From assembly GCA_964462185.1 (NCBI GenBank), contig CAYWWV010000005.1, forward strand, positions 11,139 through 64,002: DNA of 52,864 bases, given 5' to 3'. The notes under the pieces are model-generated. The model did not search any database, had not been told where the DNA came from, and saw only the letters and a program-made list of their open reading frames with translations. This stretch comes from an uncultured Candidatus Bathyarchaeia archaeon. Lineage in GTDB: Archaea > Thermoproteota > Bathyarchaeia > TCS64. The position numbers were made by a program, and so were the translations under genes. Of the stretch, positions 44,907-52,797 are shown piece by piece (the stretch's first letter is position 1; every line of letters starts with the position of its first letter).

Positions 44907-47267
44907 CTACTCTCCAAGCTCCTCCAGGAGCTGGAGGCGGGTCTCCTCATCCAAGGGGCCCTCCCCCTCCACGATGTCGTGGAAGGTTTTGAAGACCCTC
45001 TCCAGCTTCCTCCAGTCGGGGACGTAGACACGGCTAAACCAAACCCGGCTGCTGTCCACATCCAGGTCCTCCAGGTCCCAGCGATACTCGTCGATCCTCT
45101 CCTCGCTGATGACGTGGGCCTCCCCGTAGGGCCCCTCGTGGGCGGGGGCCTCCAGCGCCATGACGCCGTCGGCGCCGTGGGCGAAGGCGTAGACCAGGTG
45201 CTCCTTCTTAAGCCTGGCTAGGCTGGGGAGCCTGATGACCCTTATGCTGCTGGGGTAGGTGAGGCGGGCCAGCCCCGCCAGGTCCACGGCGGTGTAGGCC
45301 ACCTCGGCCTCCACGAAGGCGATGATCTTGATCTCCGACTGGCTTTTCTCTAGCATCCCCTTGATCTGGGCCTTGATCTGGGCCTCCGTCATCCCCTGTT
45401 GGTCCAGGGCGTCCTCGGGGCACGCGGGTATACAGGCGCCGCATCCAGTGCAGGTCACCTCGTTGATCCTGGGCAACCCCCCCTCCAGGGTGATGGCGTT
45501 CTCGGGGCACACCTCCACACACTCCCCACACCCGGTGCACGCCTCAGCATCAGCCAAGTAGGCCTTGTTGGGTTCGATCACCCTTTCCCCGCTGAGGAAG
45601 TTGACCACCTTCATGGCGGCGCCCTCGGCCTCGGCGGTGGTGGACTGGATGTCCTTGGGGCCTAAAACCACGCCGGCGGCGAATACGCCGTCGCGCTTGG
45701 TGGCCATGGGGTCCAGCTTGGGGTGGCGCTCCAATATGAACTGGTCCTCGTCTGCGGGGACCCTCAGGCTCTCAGCCAGCTTCAAGGCATCCTCCCCGCA
45801 CACAATGGGCGGGGCCAACACCACCAGGTCCGAGTGGTACTCCAAGACCCGGTTGAGCATCATGTCCTCACCCCGCACCAGGACCCGACCACCGTCTGGC
45901 ACCACCTCGGTCACCTTCCCCTTCACGAAGACAGCCCCCTTCTCCTGGGCCGCCCGGTAGAACTCCTCGTACCTCCTCCCAGGGGCCCTAATGTCGATGT
46001 AGTGGATGACCACCTCCACCCCTCGATCCCTCAAGAGCTGCGCCTGTTTGAGGCTGTAGAGGCAGCAGACCCGGCTACAGTAAGGCCTACCCACCTCGGT
46101 GTCCCTGCTCCCCGCGCAAAGCACATAGGTGACCCTCTTCGCCTCCCTCTCGGTTCCAGGAACCACTATTCGGCTCCCCGTGGGGCCGTTCACGTCGAGT
46201 ATCCTCTCCATCTCCAGGCTGGTCACCACGTTGGGCATCTGCTTGTACCCGTACTGGGGGAGCCCCGAGAGGTCGTATAGCTCGAACCCCGTGGCCAGTA
46301 TGATGGCCCCAGCCCTCAACTCCACCACCCTCCCAGGGTCGTCCAGGTCTATGGCCTCCGCGGGGCACACCCGTGTGCAGGCCCCACACCTGAGGCAGGC
46401 CTCGAAGTCGATGGTGTATATGCTGGGAACGGCCTGGGGGAAGGGGCGGTATATGGCCGTGCGCTCCCCCAGCCCCTCGTTGAACTCGTCGGGGGCCCTG
46501 GCGGGGCAGACCCTGCTGCAAGCACCACACCCAATGCATTTCTCGGGGTCCACCCCCCGGGGCTTGACGTGGACCTTGACGTGGAAGTCCCCGGGGGTCC
46601 CAGAGACCTCTTGGACCTCGCTGTAGGTTAGGAGGTTGATGTTGGGGCTCTGACTCAGCTCGGCCATCTTGGGGGTGAGGATGCACTGGCTGCAATCCAG
46701 GGTGGGGAAGACCTTGGGGTACTGGATCATGTGCCCCCCCACGCTTGGCCGCTTCTCCACCAGGTGGACCTTGAGGCCGTACTCGCTCAGACGGAGGCTG
46801 GCCGTAATCCCGGCCACCCCCCCGCCTATGACCACCACCTCGGGCACCACCTCCATGGAGCCCTCCTCCAGGGGCACCGACTCCAAGCTCCGCTGGACAG
46901 CCCCCCGGATCAGGTCCAGGGCCTTCTCGGTGGCCCCCTCGTGGTCGTCCTTGTGGACCCAGCTACACTGCTCCCTGATGTTCACCATCTCCAGGAAGCC
47001 TTGGTTGAGGCCCTCCTCCTCCAGGTTGCTCCGGAAGGTGGTTTGATGCATCTTGGGGGTGCAGCAGGCTAATATCACCCTGTCCAGCCCCTGCTCGCGC
47101 ACCGCGCGCCTAATCTGGTCCACGCTGGGCTTGCTGCAGAGGTACCGCTCCACCGTCACCAAATCCACCTCGGGGCCCAGCTCCTCCGCCACCCGCTGCG
47201 TGTCCACTACGTCGCCGATGTTCCCCCCGCACTCGCAGACCCAGACGCCTACCCTTGGTTTAGACAT
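44907..47267 (-). CDS. hdrA: HdrA-like FAD/FeS flavoprotein fused to a C-terminal MvhD (FlpD)-like domain that lacks all cluster cysteines
   Basis: The 786-aa ORF has an N-terminal VWVCECGGNIG...ACCTP...CSW domain, a VVVIGGGVAGITAS FAD fold and four CxxCxxCxxxCP motifs. The last 141 aa align with MvhD, but FCCNWC becomes FVEAEV, MCSG becomes LPSL, and [10 protein letters not shown] becomes LEAPAHEGPY. Confidence 0.8.
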   Translation of the reverse strand: MSKPRVGVWVCECGGNIGDVVDTQRVAEELGPEVDLVTVERYLCSKPSVDQIRRAVREQGLDRVILACCTPKMHQTTFRSNLEEEGLNQGFLEMVNIREQCSWVHKDDHEGATEKALDLIRGAVQRSLESVPLEEGSMEVVPEVVVIGGGVAGITASLRLSEYGLKVHLVEKRPSVGGHMIQYPKVFPTLDCSQCILTPKMAELSQSPNINLLTYSEVQEVSGTPGDFHVKVHVKPRGVDPEKCIGCGACSRVCPARAPDEFNEGLGERTAIYRPFPQAVPSIYTIDFEACLRCGACTRVCPAEAIDLDDPGRVVELRAGAIILATGFELYDLSGLPQYGYKQMPNVVTSLEMERILDVNGPTGSRIVVPGTEREAKRVTYVLCAGSRDTEVGRPYCSRVCCLYSLKQAQLLRDRGVEVVIHYIDIRAPGRRYEEFYRAAQEKGAVFVKGKVTEVVPDGGRVLVRGEDMMLNRVLEYHSDLVVLAPPIVCGEDALKLAESLRVPADEDQFILERHPKLDPMATKRDGVFAAGVVLGPKDIQSTTAEAEGAAMKVVNFLSGERVIEPNKAYLADAEACTGCGECVEVCPENAITLEGGLPRINEVTCTGCGACIPACPEDALDQQGMTEAQIKAQIKGMLEKSQSEIKIIAFVEAEVAYTAVDLAGLARLTYPSSIRVIRLPSLARLKKEHLVYAFAHGADGVMALEAPAHEGPYGEAHVISEERIDEYRWDLEDLDVDSSRVWFSRVYVPDWRKLERVFKTFHDIVEGEGPLDEETRLQLLEELGE

Positions 47268-47276
47268 ATCCCCAAC

Positions 47277-48929
47277 CTAGACCAGTTTAATATGGTGCTC
47301 CAGCGCCCTCTTGCCCCGATACTCGGGCAGCAATATGGGGCTTCTCCTATCGGTTTCAACCCCCTCAGCCGCCAGCATACGCTCGTAAGCCTCCACGTGC
47401 TCGAGGGTGAGCTTGCCCACCCGGGCCTTCTTGGCCCTCTCGGCGGCGGCCCTCCCAGCCCTCCGCCCGAAGACGTAGAGGTCCAGCTGGCTGTTACCCA
47501 TGAGGCGGTTCTTCCCATGGACCCCGCCGCAAACCTCCCCAGCGGCGTAGAGGCCGGGGACACCTGTCTCGCCTTTAACGTTGATCTTGACTCCCCCGTT
47601 CTGGTAGTGGAGGGTGGGGAAGACCAGCATGGGTTCGCGGCGTATGTCTATCCCGAACTTGCTGTAGTTGCGCAGCATGGCTGCGAACTCCCTCTCGATG
47701 GTTCCCTCGCCGTTGATGATGTCTATTAGGGGTGTGTCCAGCCAGACACCCATCATGCCTGTGGGGGTCTTGATGCCCTTCCCCCGCCCATAGCACTCGC
47801 GGATGATGGCCGAGGCCTCCACGTCCCTGGTCTCAAGGGGGTAGACGAATAGCTCTCCGTCGGCGTTCACCGGCTGGGCCCCCCTCCCCCTGAGCTTCTC
47901 AGTGCATAGCTGGCCCACGATCTGCTCGGGGTAGGCGGAGCCCGTGGGGTGGAATTGGGTGCTGTCCAGGTGGACGAGCCTGGCCCCTGCCCGGTAGGCC
48001 ATAACCAGGCCGTCCCCAGTGGCCCCATAGTGGTTGGTGGTCTCGTATCCCTGGATGTGGAGCCTCCCAAACCCACCTGTGGCCAGGATGGTGGACTTGG
48101 CCCTGGCAACACGGTAGACATCGCTGTCCAGGTCGTAGAGGAGGGCCCCAGCCACCTGGCCATACTCATCCTTCAAGAACTCCACCGCCGCCGTGAACTC
48201 TACGCAGCCGATCTCCCTATTCACCGTCTCATCCATGAGGACCCTGGTGATCTCCAAACCCGTGTAGTCCTTACAGCTATGCATCCTCCTCCTACAGGTC
48301 CCACCCCCGGGGGCCAGCTGCATGGAGCCGTCAGGCAGCTTGTCGTAGAGCACCCCCAGCTCCTCGTGCCACTTAATCACCTCTGGGCCATCCTTCACCA
48401 GGACCTCCACTAGCTCGGGGTCGTTGTAGTAGTGGCCGCCCCCCATGACGTCTAGGAAGTGGAGCACAGGGCTGTCGTTGGGCGCATCGGCGGCTTGGAT
48501 GCCGCCCTGGCTCATCTTGCTGTTGGCGTCACCCATCCTCAGCTTCTGGACTATGAGGATGTTCTCCGCGGGGATACCCGAGTCGTTGGCCAGGATGGCG
48601 GCGCTTAGCCCCGCCCCCCCAGCCCCGATGACCAGGACATCCACATCGAACTCCACATCCCCCAAGTCGATGGCCGAGGGGTCCACCATGCTGTGAGCCT
48701 CCAAGATGTCTGCCACCTCGTGAGGCATGAGCAACCCCTTATCGGGGCCAACCCTAAGCCTCCTCTTCTGGTCCATCCTCCAGTCGGGGTGGTACTCCTC
48801 CAGAATCCTCTGCCTCTCCTCAGGAGTCATAGGGGGGAAACGCTTCCCAATCCTCTCCTCCCTAGTCTCCTCGACCCGCCTCAAGCTCTCCTGCATATAG
48901 TCGGGGTAACCGCTCACGTAGTCACTCAC
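47277..48929 (-). CDS. Succinate dehydrogenase/fumarate reductase-type flavoprotein with an N-terminal extension of about 88 aa
   Basis: VLVIGAGGAGLSAA, QFHPTG, LRGRG, HYQNGG, GEVCGGVHGKNRLMGNS. The covalent-FAD His position (SHT..AQGG) reads ANSKMSQGG. Confidence 0.8.
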   Translation of the reverse strand: MSDYVSGYPDYMQESLRRVEETREERIGKRFPPMTPEERQRILEEYHPDWRMDQKRRLRVGPDKGLLMPHEVADILEAHSMVDPSAIDLGDVEFDVDVLVIGAGGAGLSAAILANDSGIPAENILIVQKLRMGDANSKMSQGGIQAADAPNDSPVLHFLDVMGGGHYYNDPELVEVLVKDGPEVIKWHEELGVLYDKLPDGSMQLAPGGGTCRRRMHSCKDYTGLEITRVLMDETVNREIGCVEFTAAVEFLKDEYGQVAGALLYDLDSDVYRVARAKSTILATGGFGRLHIQGYETTNHYGATGDGLVMAYRAGARLVHLDSTQFHPTGSAYPEQIVGQLCTEKLRGRGAQPVNADGELFVYPLETRDVEASAIIRECYGRGKGIKTPTGMMGVWLDTPLIDIINGEGTIEREFAAMLRNYSKFGIDIRREPMLVFPTLHYQNGGVKINVKGETGVPGLYAAGEVCGGVHGKNRLMGNSQLDLYVFGRRAGRAAAERAKKARVGKLTLEHVEAYERMLAAEGVETDRRSPILLPEYRGKRALEHHIKLV

Positions 48930-49605
48930 TTATATCAATCTCCCTCGAGTTATACAACTGGGCCAGCTCCTCCTTGCTGGCCTTCTTAAGCCTCTCAATC
49001 TCCTCGTCGTAGACACCTTTCTCGACCTCCTCCACCCGGTCCAAGACCTGTTGGGCCGGCCCATCGATGTACCGCGCGTAGAGCCTCCTAGCCAGCTGGG
49101 CAACGTTGTAGGGCACTATCTCCGCGGGGCACCGCACGGCGCATAGCCCGCAGCTTATGCAGTCGAAGCTGAGCTCGGTGGCCTTGGCTAGGTCGCCCCT
49201 GAGGGCTGCCTGGACGTAGTCCATAACCATGATGTCCTGGGGGCAGGCCTTGGTGCAGGTGTTGCAGGAGAGGCACCGGCTCACCTCGGGGTAGTATTCG
49301 AGGATGGTGGAGGCCGATGGCTTCAACTCCTCCAACCGGTAGGTCTTCTTGGCTGCGGGGCTGAAGGGGATCTGGGCTATCACCATTCCGTCCTCCACAA
49401 TCTTCTGGCAGGCCAGCGCCCCCTCCAGCTTGTAGCTCCCCTTACGCCGGTAGAGCGTGGCACAGGCCCCGCAGAACCCTCCGCGGCACCCCGCGCCTCT
49501 GCGGAACTGGTGGCCGGCGTACTCCATGGCCTTCATAATGGTAAGGTCCTTGGGGACCTTGTGCTTCTTTCCCAAAACATATATCGTTACGTAGTCGCTC
49601 TCCAA
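48922..49605 (-). CDS. SdhB/FrdB-like iron-sulfur protein ([2Fe-2S] plus two complete CxxCxxCxxxCP motifs)
   Basis: CRGGFCGAC...C, CLSCNTCTKACP, CISCGLCAVRCP. It overlaps the flavoprotein gene by 8 nt. Confidence 0.8.
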   Translation of the reverse strand: MESDYVTIYVLGKKHKVPKDLTIMKAMEYAGHQFRRGAGCRGGFCGACATLYRRKGSYKLEGALACQKIVEDGMVIAQIPFSPAAKKTYRLEELKPSASTILEYYPEVSRCLSCNTCTKACPQDIMVMDYVQAALRGDLAKATELSFDCISCGLCAVRCPAEIVPYNVAQLARRLYARYIDGPAQQVLDRVEEVEKGVYDEEIERLKKASKEELAQLYNSREIDISE

Positions 49606-49607
49606 GT

Positions 49608-50510
49608 CTAACCCTCCAATAGCCCCCGCTCCTCCAATAGTGGTGTGGGGTCGGGTGTGTTGGGGGAGAACCCTGCCTCCCCTGGGCCCAGACCGAAGGC
49701 TAGGGCCATGAGTTGTGTAAAGTAGATTACAGGTATGGGTTGGAACCCTGGGTGGCGCCTGGCGATGCGGTCCTGCATCCTGCCCAGGTTGTACTCGCAG
49801 AGGGGGCAGGCGGTCACCAGCAGCTCGGCCCCCATCTCCTGGGCTTGGGATAGTATGCGGTGAGCCAGCTCTGAGACTGTTTCAGGCATGTGGACCGTCT
49901 GGTAGCTGCCGCAGCACTTTTGCTTGTAGGGGAAGTCCACCACCTCCCCGCCCAGGGCTTGGACCATGTTCTCCATGATGGTGGGGTTATCGGTGTCATC
50001 CAGCCCCACGCCCCGGGGCCTCAGTAGGAGGCACCCATAGTAGGGCGCCACCCTCAACCCCTCCAAGGGCTTCTTGACCGCCTCCCTCACTCGCTGCCAC
50101 CCCAACTCCCTTAGAACCTCCAAGAGGTGCACCACTTTGACCCGCCCCTGGTACTGGTGTTCCTCCTTGGTCATTATCTCCACGATTTTCTCCCGCCTCT
50201 CCTCGTCCTCCTGGAAGACGGAGTTAGCCCTCTTCAAGGTGTTGTAGCACATGGCGCAGAGGGTTACCAGGCGGTCGTCATCCACCAGGCCCTCCCCCTT
50301 CATCTCCTGAGCCCTAAGGAGGTTTCGGATGGGCGCCAACTGGTGCATCACATCGTCTGTGGCTAGGCTGTGAACCGTGCCGCAACAAGTCCAGCGCTGG
50401 AGCTCCACCAATTCCAGCCCCAGGGCCCCCGCCACCAGGTGGGCCGAGTCCTCGAAGCCCTTGGCCTGGTCCTTTAGGGTGCACCCCGGATAGTAGGCCA
50501 GGCGAATCAT
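49608..50510 (-). CDS. hdrB: HdrB-like protein with two CCG domains (also comparable to SdhE or the TfrB C-terminal half)
   Basis: YYPGCTL...WTCCGT and YYGCLL...KCCGS...ACPLC. Confidence 0.8.
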   Translation of the reverse strand: MIRLAYYPGCTLKDQAKGFEDSAHLVAGALGLELVELQRWTCCGTVHSLATDDVMHQLAPIRNLLRAQEMKGEGLVDDDRLVTLCAMCYNTLKRANSVFQEDEERREKIVEIMTKEEHQYQGRVKVVHLLEVLRELGWQRVREAVKKPLEGLRVAPYYGCLLLRPRGVGLDDTDNPTIMENMVQALGGEVVDFPYKQKCCGSYQTVHMPETVSELAHRILSQAQEMGAELLVTACPLCEYNLGRMQDRIARRHPGFQPIPVIYFTQLMALAFGLGPGEAGFSPNTPDPTPLLEERGLLEG

Positions 50511-50923
50511 GCCGTCAGCTTCCTCTGGTTGCTGATGAGGGCTATTTGAGGCAGAGTCCTAAGCTCTTCGGGGCTCAGCTCGTCCAGGCTCACCCGGTTG
50601 TACTTCCGCCTCAAAACCAGTTGCCTGAGGGCCTCCATGACGTTGGCCACATCGATGCCTCGTGGGCAGCGGACCTCGCAGCTGAAGCAAGTCATACAGG
50701 TCCAGATGGTGGTGGACTCCAACACCTCCTCCAGCCCCAGCTGGGCCATGCGAATCACCTTGCTGGGTAGAAGATCCATCTCCTGGGTCATGGGGCAGCC
50801 CCCACTACAGGCACCACACTGGAAACACAGGTCCAGGTTCTCCCCGCTTAGCTCCTCCACCCTTTCCTTGAAAGAACGCTGGTCGGGGTTGAACCCTAGC
50901 TGCTGGCTCTTGAAGGTTAGCAT
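50507..50923 (-). CDS. hdrC: HdrC-like 2x[4Fe-4S] ferredoxin-domain protein
   Basis: CFQCGACSGGCP and CMTCFSCEVRCPRGI. It overlaps hdrB by 4 nt. Confidence 0.8.
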   Translation of the reverse strand: MLTFKSQQLGFNPDQRSFKERVEELSGENLDLCFQCGACSGGCPMTQEMDLLPSKVIRMAQLGLEEVLESTTIWTCMTCFSCEVRCPRGIDVANVMEALRQLVLRRKYNRVSLDELSPEELRTLPQIALISNQRKLTA

Positions 50924-50942
50924 CTCTAGTTGGTTTACTCAG

Positions 50943-50999
50943 CCTATAATAATATTTTTGAATTGGCCACCCGCCACGGGTAAAACCAATATAGTTTCC
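50943..50999. promoter_or_regulatory. Divergent promoter region between hdrC and the fumarase genes
   Basis: The 98-bp spacer has AT-rich boxes: CCTATAATAATATTTTTG (50943-50960, about 25-35 nt from the hdrC ATG) and AATATAG (about 50988-50994, about 28 nt from TTG 51022). Confidence 0.4.
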
Positions 51000-51021
51000 A
51001 GGGGATTCATTAAGGATCAAG

Positions 51022-51621
51022 TTGGAGCACCATGTCAAAACCCCCGTCCCCGAGGAGGAGATCAGGCGACTCAGGGTGGGGGACATAGTCTACATCTCGG
51101 GAACCGTCATCACGGCGCGTGACGAAGCACACCTTAAGGCCCTTGAGATGTGGGAGAAGGGGGAGGAGCCCCCTGTGAGCTTTGAGGGAAACGTGGTCTT
51201 CCACTGCGGCCCCATCATGCGCAGGGAGGGAGACAGGTGGGTTGTGGTGGCGGCGGGGCCCACCACCAGCGCCCGTATGGAGATATTCCAGGACAGATTC
51301 ATCGAGGCCTTCAGGCCCAGCATCATAGTGGGTAAGGGGGGCATGGGTGAGCGGACGGCTGCCGCCTGCGAGAAGTATGGCTGCGTCTACGGGGCTTTCA
51401 CCGGGGGTGCCGCACTCCTGGCTGCCCGGGGCATCAAAGAGGTTCGCGAGGTGTTTTGGTTGGAGGAGCTGGGTATGCCCGAGTGTCTGTGGGTCTACGA
51501 GGTGGAGGAATGGGGCCCCATCACGGTTACCATAGACACCCACGGGGGGAACCTGACGGCCGATGTGGCCAAGCGTATCCAGGCCAACAAAGAGAGGATC
51601 CTAGGGGGATTGGAGGGTTAG
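51022..51621 (+). CDS. Class I fumarate hydratase (tartrate-dehydratase-type) beta subunit
   Basis: LRVGDIVYISGTVITARDEAH, GPTTSARME, IVGKGGMG, and WGPITVTIDTHGGNL, which is typical of the C-terminal domain family. It has a TTG start. Confidence 0.85.
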   Translation: MEHHVKTPVPEEEIRRLRVGDIVYISGTVITARDEAHLKALEMWEKGEEPPVSFEGNVVFHCGPIMRREGDRWVVVAAGPTTSARMEIFQDRFIEAFRPSIIVGKGGMGERTAAACEKYGCVYGAFTGGAALLAARGIKEVREVFWLEELGMPECLWVYEVEEWGPITVTIDTHGGNLTADVAKRIQANKERILGGLEG

Positions 51622-51623
51622 AG

Positions 51624-52490
51624 ATGTTAGCGAGTAAGGTTGAAGAGGTGGCGGTGGAGCTGCTGCGGAGAGCAGCCACCGAGCTTTCCCAGGAGTATAA
51701 GGGGGCGCTGGAGGAGGCGTTGGAGGCTACTGCCGGCGCCGTGGGAAGGTCCCAGTTGGGCAACATTCTGGAGAACGTGGAGCTGGCCCGGGAGGGCAGC
51801 CTCCCCATGTGCCAGGACACGGGTGTGGTGGCGTTCTACGCCAGGGTGGGGGATGGGTTCCCCCTCCGGTCGGAGTTGAGGAAGGTGTTGGTGGAGGCCA
51901 CCAGGCGGGCCACCGGGGAGGTTCCCCTGAGGCCCAACGCGGTGGACCCCTTTGGTGGGAACACGGGGGACAATGTGGGGCCCTATGGACACGTGCCCAT
52001 TATCTACTGGGAGTTGGTGGAGGGCGACAAGTTGGAGCTCACCGCGGCACCCAAGGGTGGGGGCAGTAGCAATGTGGCCGCCCACAGGATGTTGAAGCCG
52101 GGGCTGGGGTGGAAGGGGGTTAAGGCCTTCGTGGTGGAGGCCCTGGCCCAGGCTGGGAGCCTTGGGTGTCCCCCCTACTTCGTGGGTGTGGGGGTGGGGG
52201 GCGGGGAGGACCTCTGCATGGTGTTGGCCAAGAAGGCGCTGTTGAAGCCTTTCCGGGTGAGGAGCCCCAACCCCCATGTGGCCGAGCTGGAGGAGGAGCT
52301 ATACCAAGCCCTCAACGAGCTGGGCATAGGCGCCATGGGGCTGGGGGAGGGGCCCTCAGTGCTGGACGTCCACGTGGAGGTCGCCGCCAGGCACCCCGCC
52401 AGCCTGCCGGTGGGAGTGGTCATCAGCTGCTGGGCCCTCCGGCACGCCTCGGCCACCATTGGGCCAGATGGGAAAGTGGAGTACCACTGA
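51624..52490 (+). CDS. Class I fumarate hydratase alpha subunit
   Basis: LPMCQDTGVVAFY, AAPKGGGSSN, GCPPYFVGVGVGG. I start it at ATG 51624, 3 nt after the beta-subunit stop. Confidence 0.85.
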   Translation: MLASKVEEVAVELLRRAATELSQEYKGALEEALEATAGAVGRSQLGNILENVELAREGSLPMCQDTGVVAFYARVGDGFPLRSELRKVLVEATRRATGEVPLRPNAVDPFGGNTGDNVGPYGHVPIIYWELVEGDKLELTAAPKGGGSSNVAAHRMLKPGLGWKGVKAFVVEALAQAGSLGCPPYFVGVGVGGGEDLCMVLAKKALLKPFRVRSPNPHVAELEEELYQALNELGIGAMGLGEGPSVLDVHVEVAARHPASLPVGVVISCWALRHASATIGPDGKVEYH

Positions 52491-52506
52491 GCCTGGGGGT
52501 GGGGGG

Positions 52507-52764
52507 GTGAGGGTCTCGGTCCAGGTGTTGGGCTCCCAACTAGACCACCCCATCACCCTCGAGCTGCCGCAGGGGTCCACCGTGGGCCAAGCCTTAGACG
52601 GCCTCAGAGCCCAGGCACCTGGGCTGGACCCCAACCCCCTGGAAGACCCCTCATCCTACCTCGTGCTAGTGGAGGGCGTGGAAGTGGGGAACCTGGAGGG
52701 GCTTGACACCCCTCTGAAGGATGGACAGAAACTGGTGGTTATACCGGTGGTCCACGGGGGCTAA
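52507..52764 (+). CDS. MoaD/ThiS-family ubiquitin-like small protein (SAMP/TtuB-like) ending in GG
   Basis: The 85-aa protein starts at GTG 52507 and reads VRVSVQVLG....ITLELPQGSTVGQAL..L........LVLVEGVEV......PLKDGQKLVVIPVVHGG-stop. Confidence 0.7.
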   Translation: MRVSVQVLGSQLDHPITLELPQGSTVGQALDGLRAQAPGLDPNPLEDPSSYLVLVEGVEVGNLEGLDTPLKDGQKLVVIPVVHGG

Positions 52765-52797
52765 CTGTTTTTAAACCGTGGGAGCCGAGAACCAGCC

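Noticed and set aside
44907-50923. Interpreting the Hdr genes as a methanogen-type CoM-S-S-CoB reductase, or as the sulfur-oxidising sHdr (hdrC1B1A-hyp-hdrC2B2) system.
   Set aside because: The window contains no mcr, mvhAG or frh genes and no second hdrCB pair. It also has no lipoate-binding protein, DsrE or TusA genes. The Hdr genes are instead interleaved with SdhA/SdhB-like genes.
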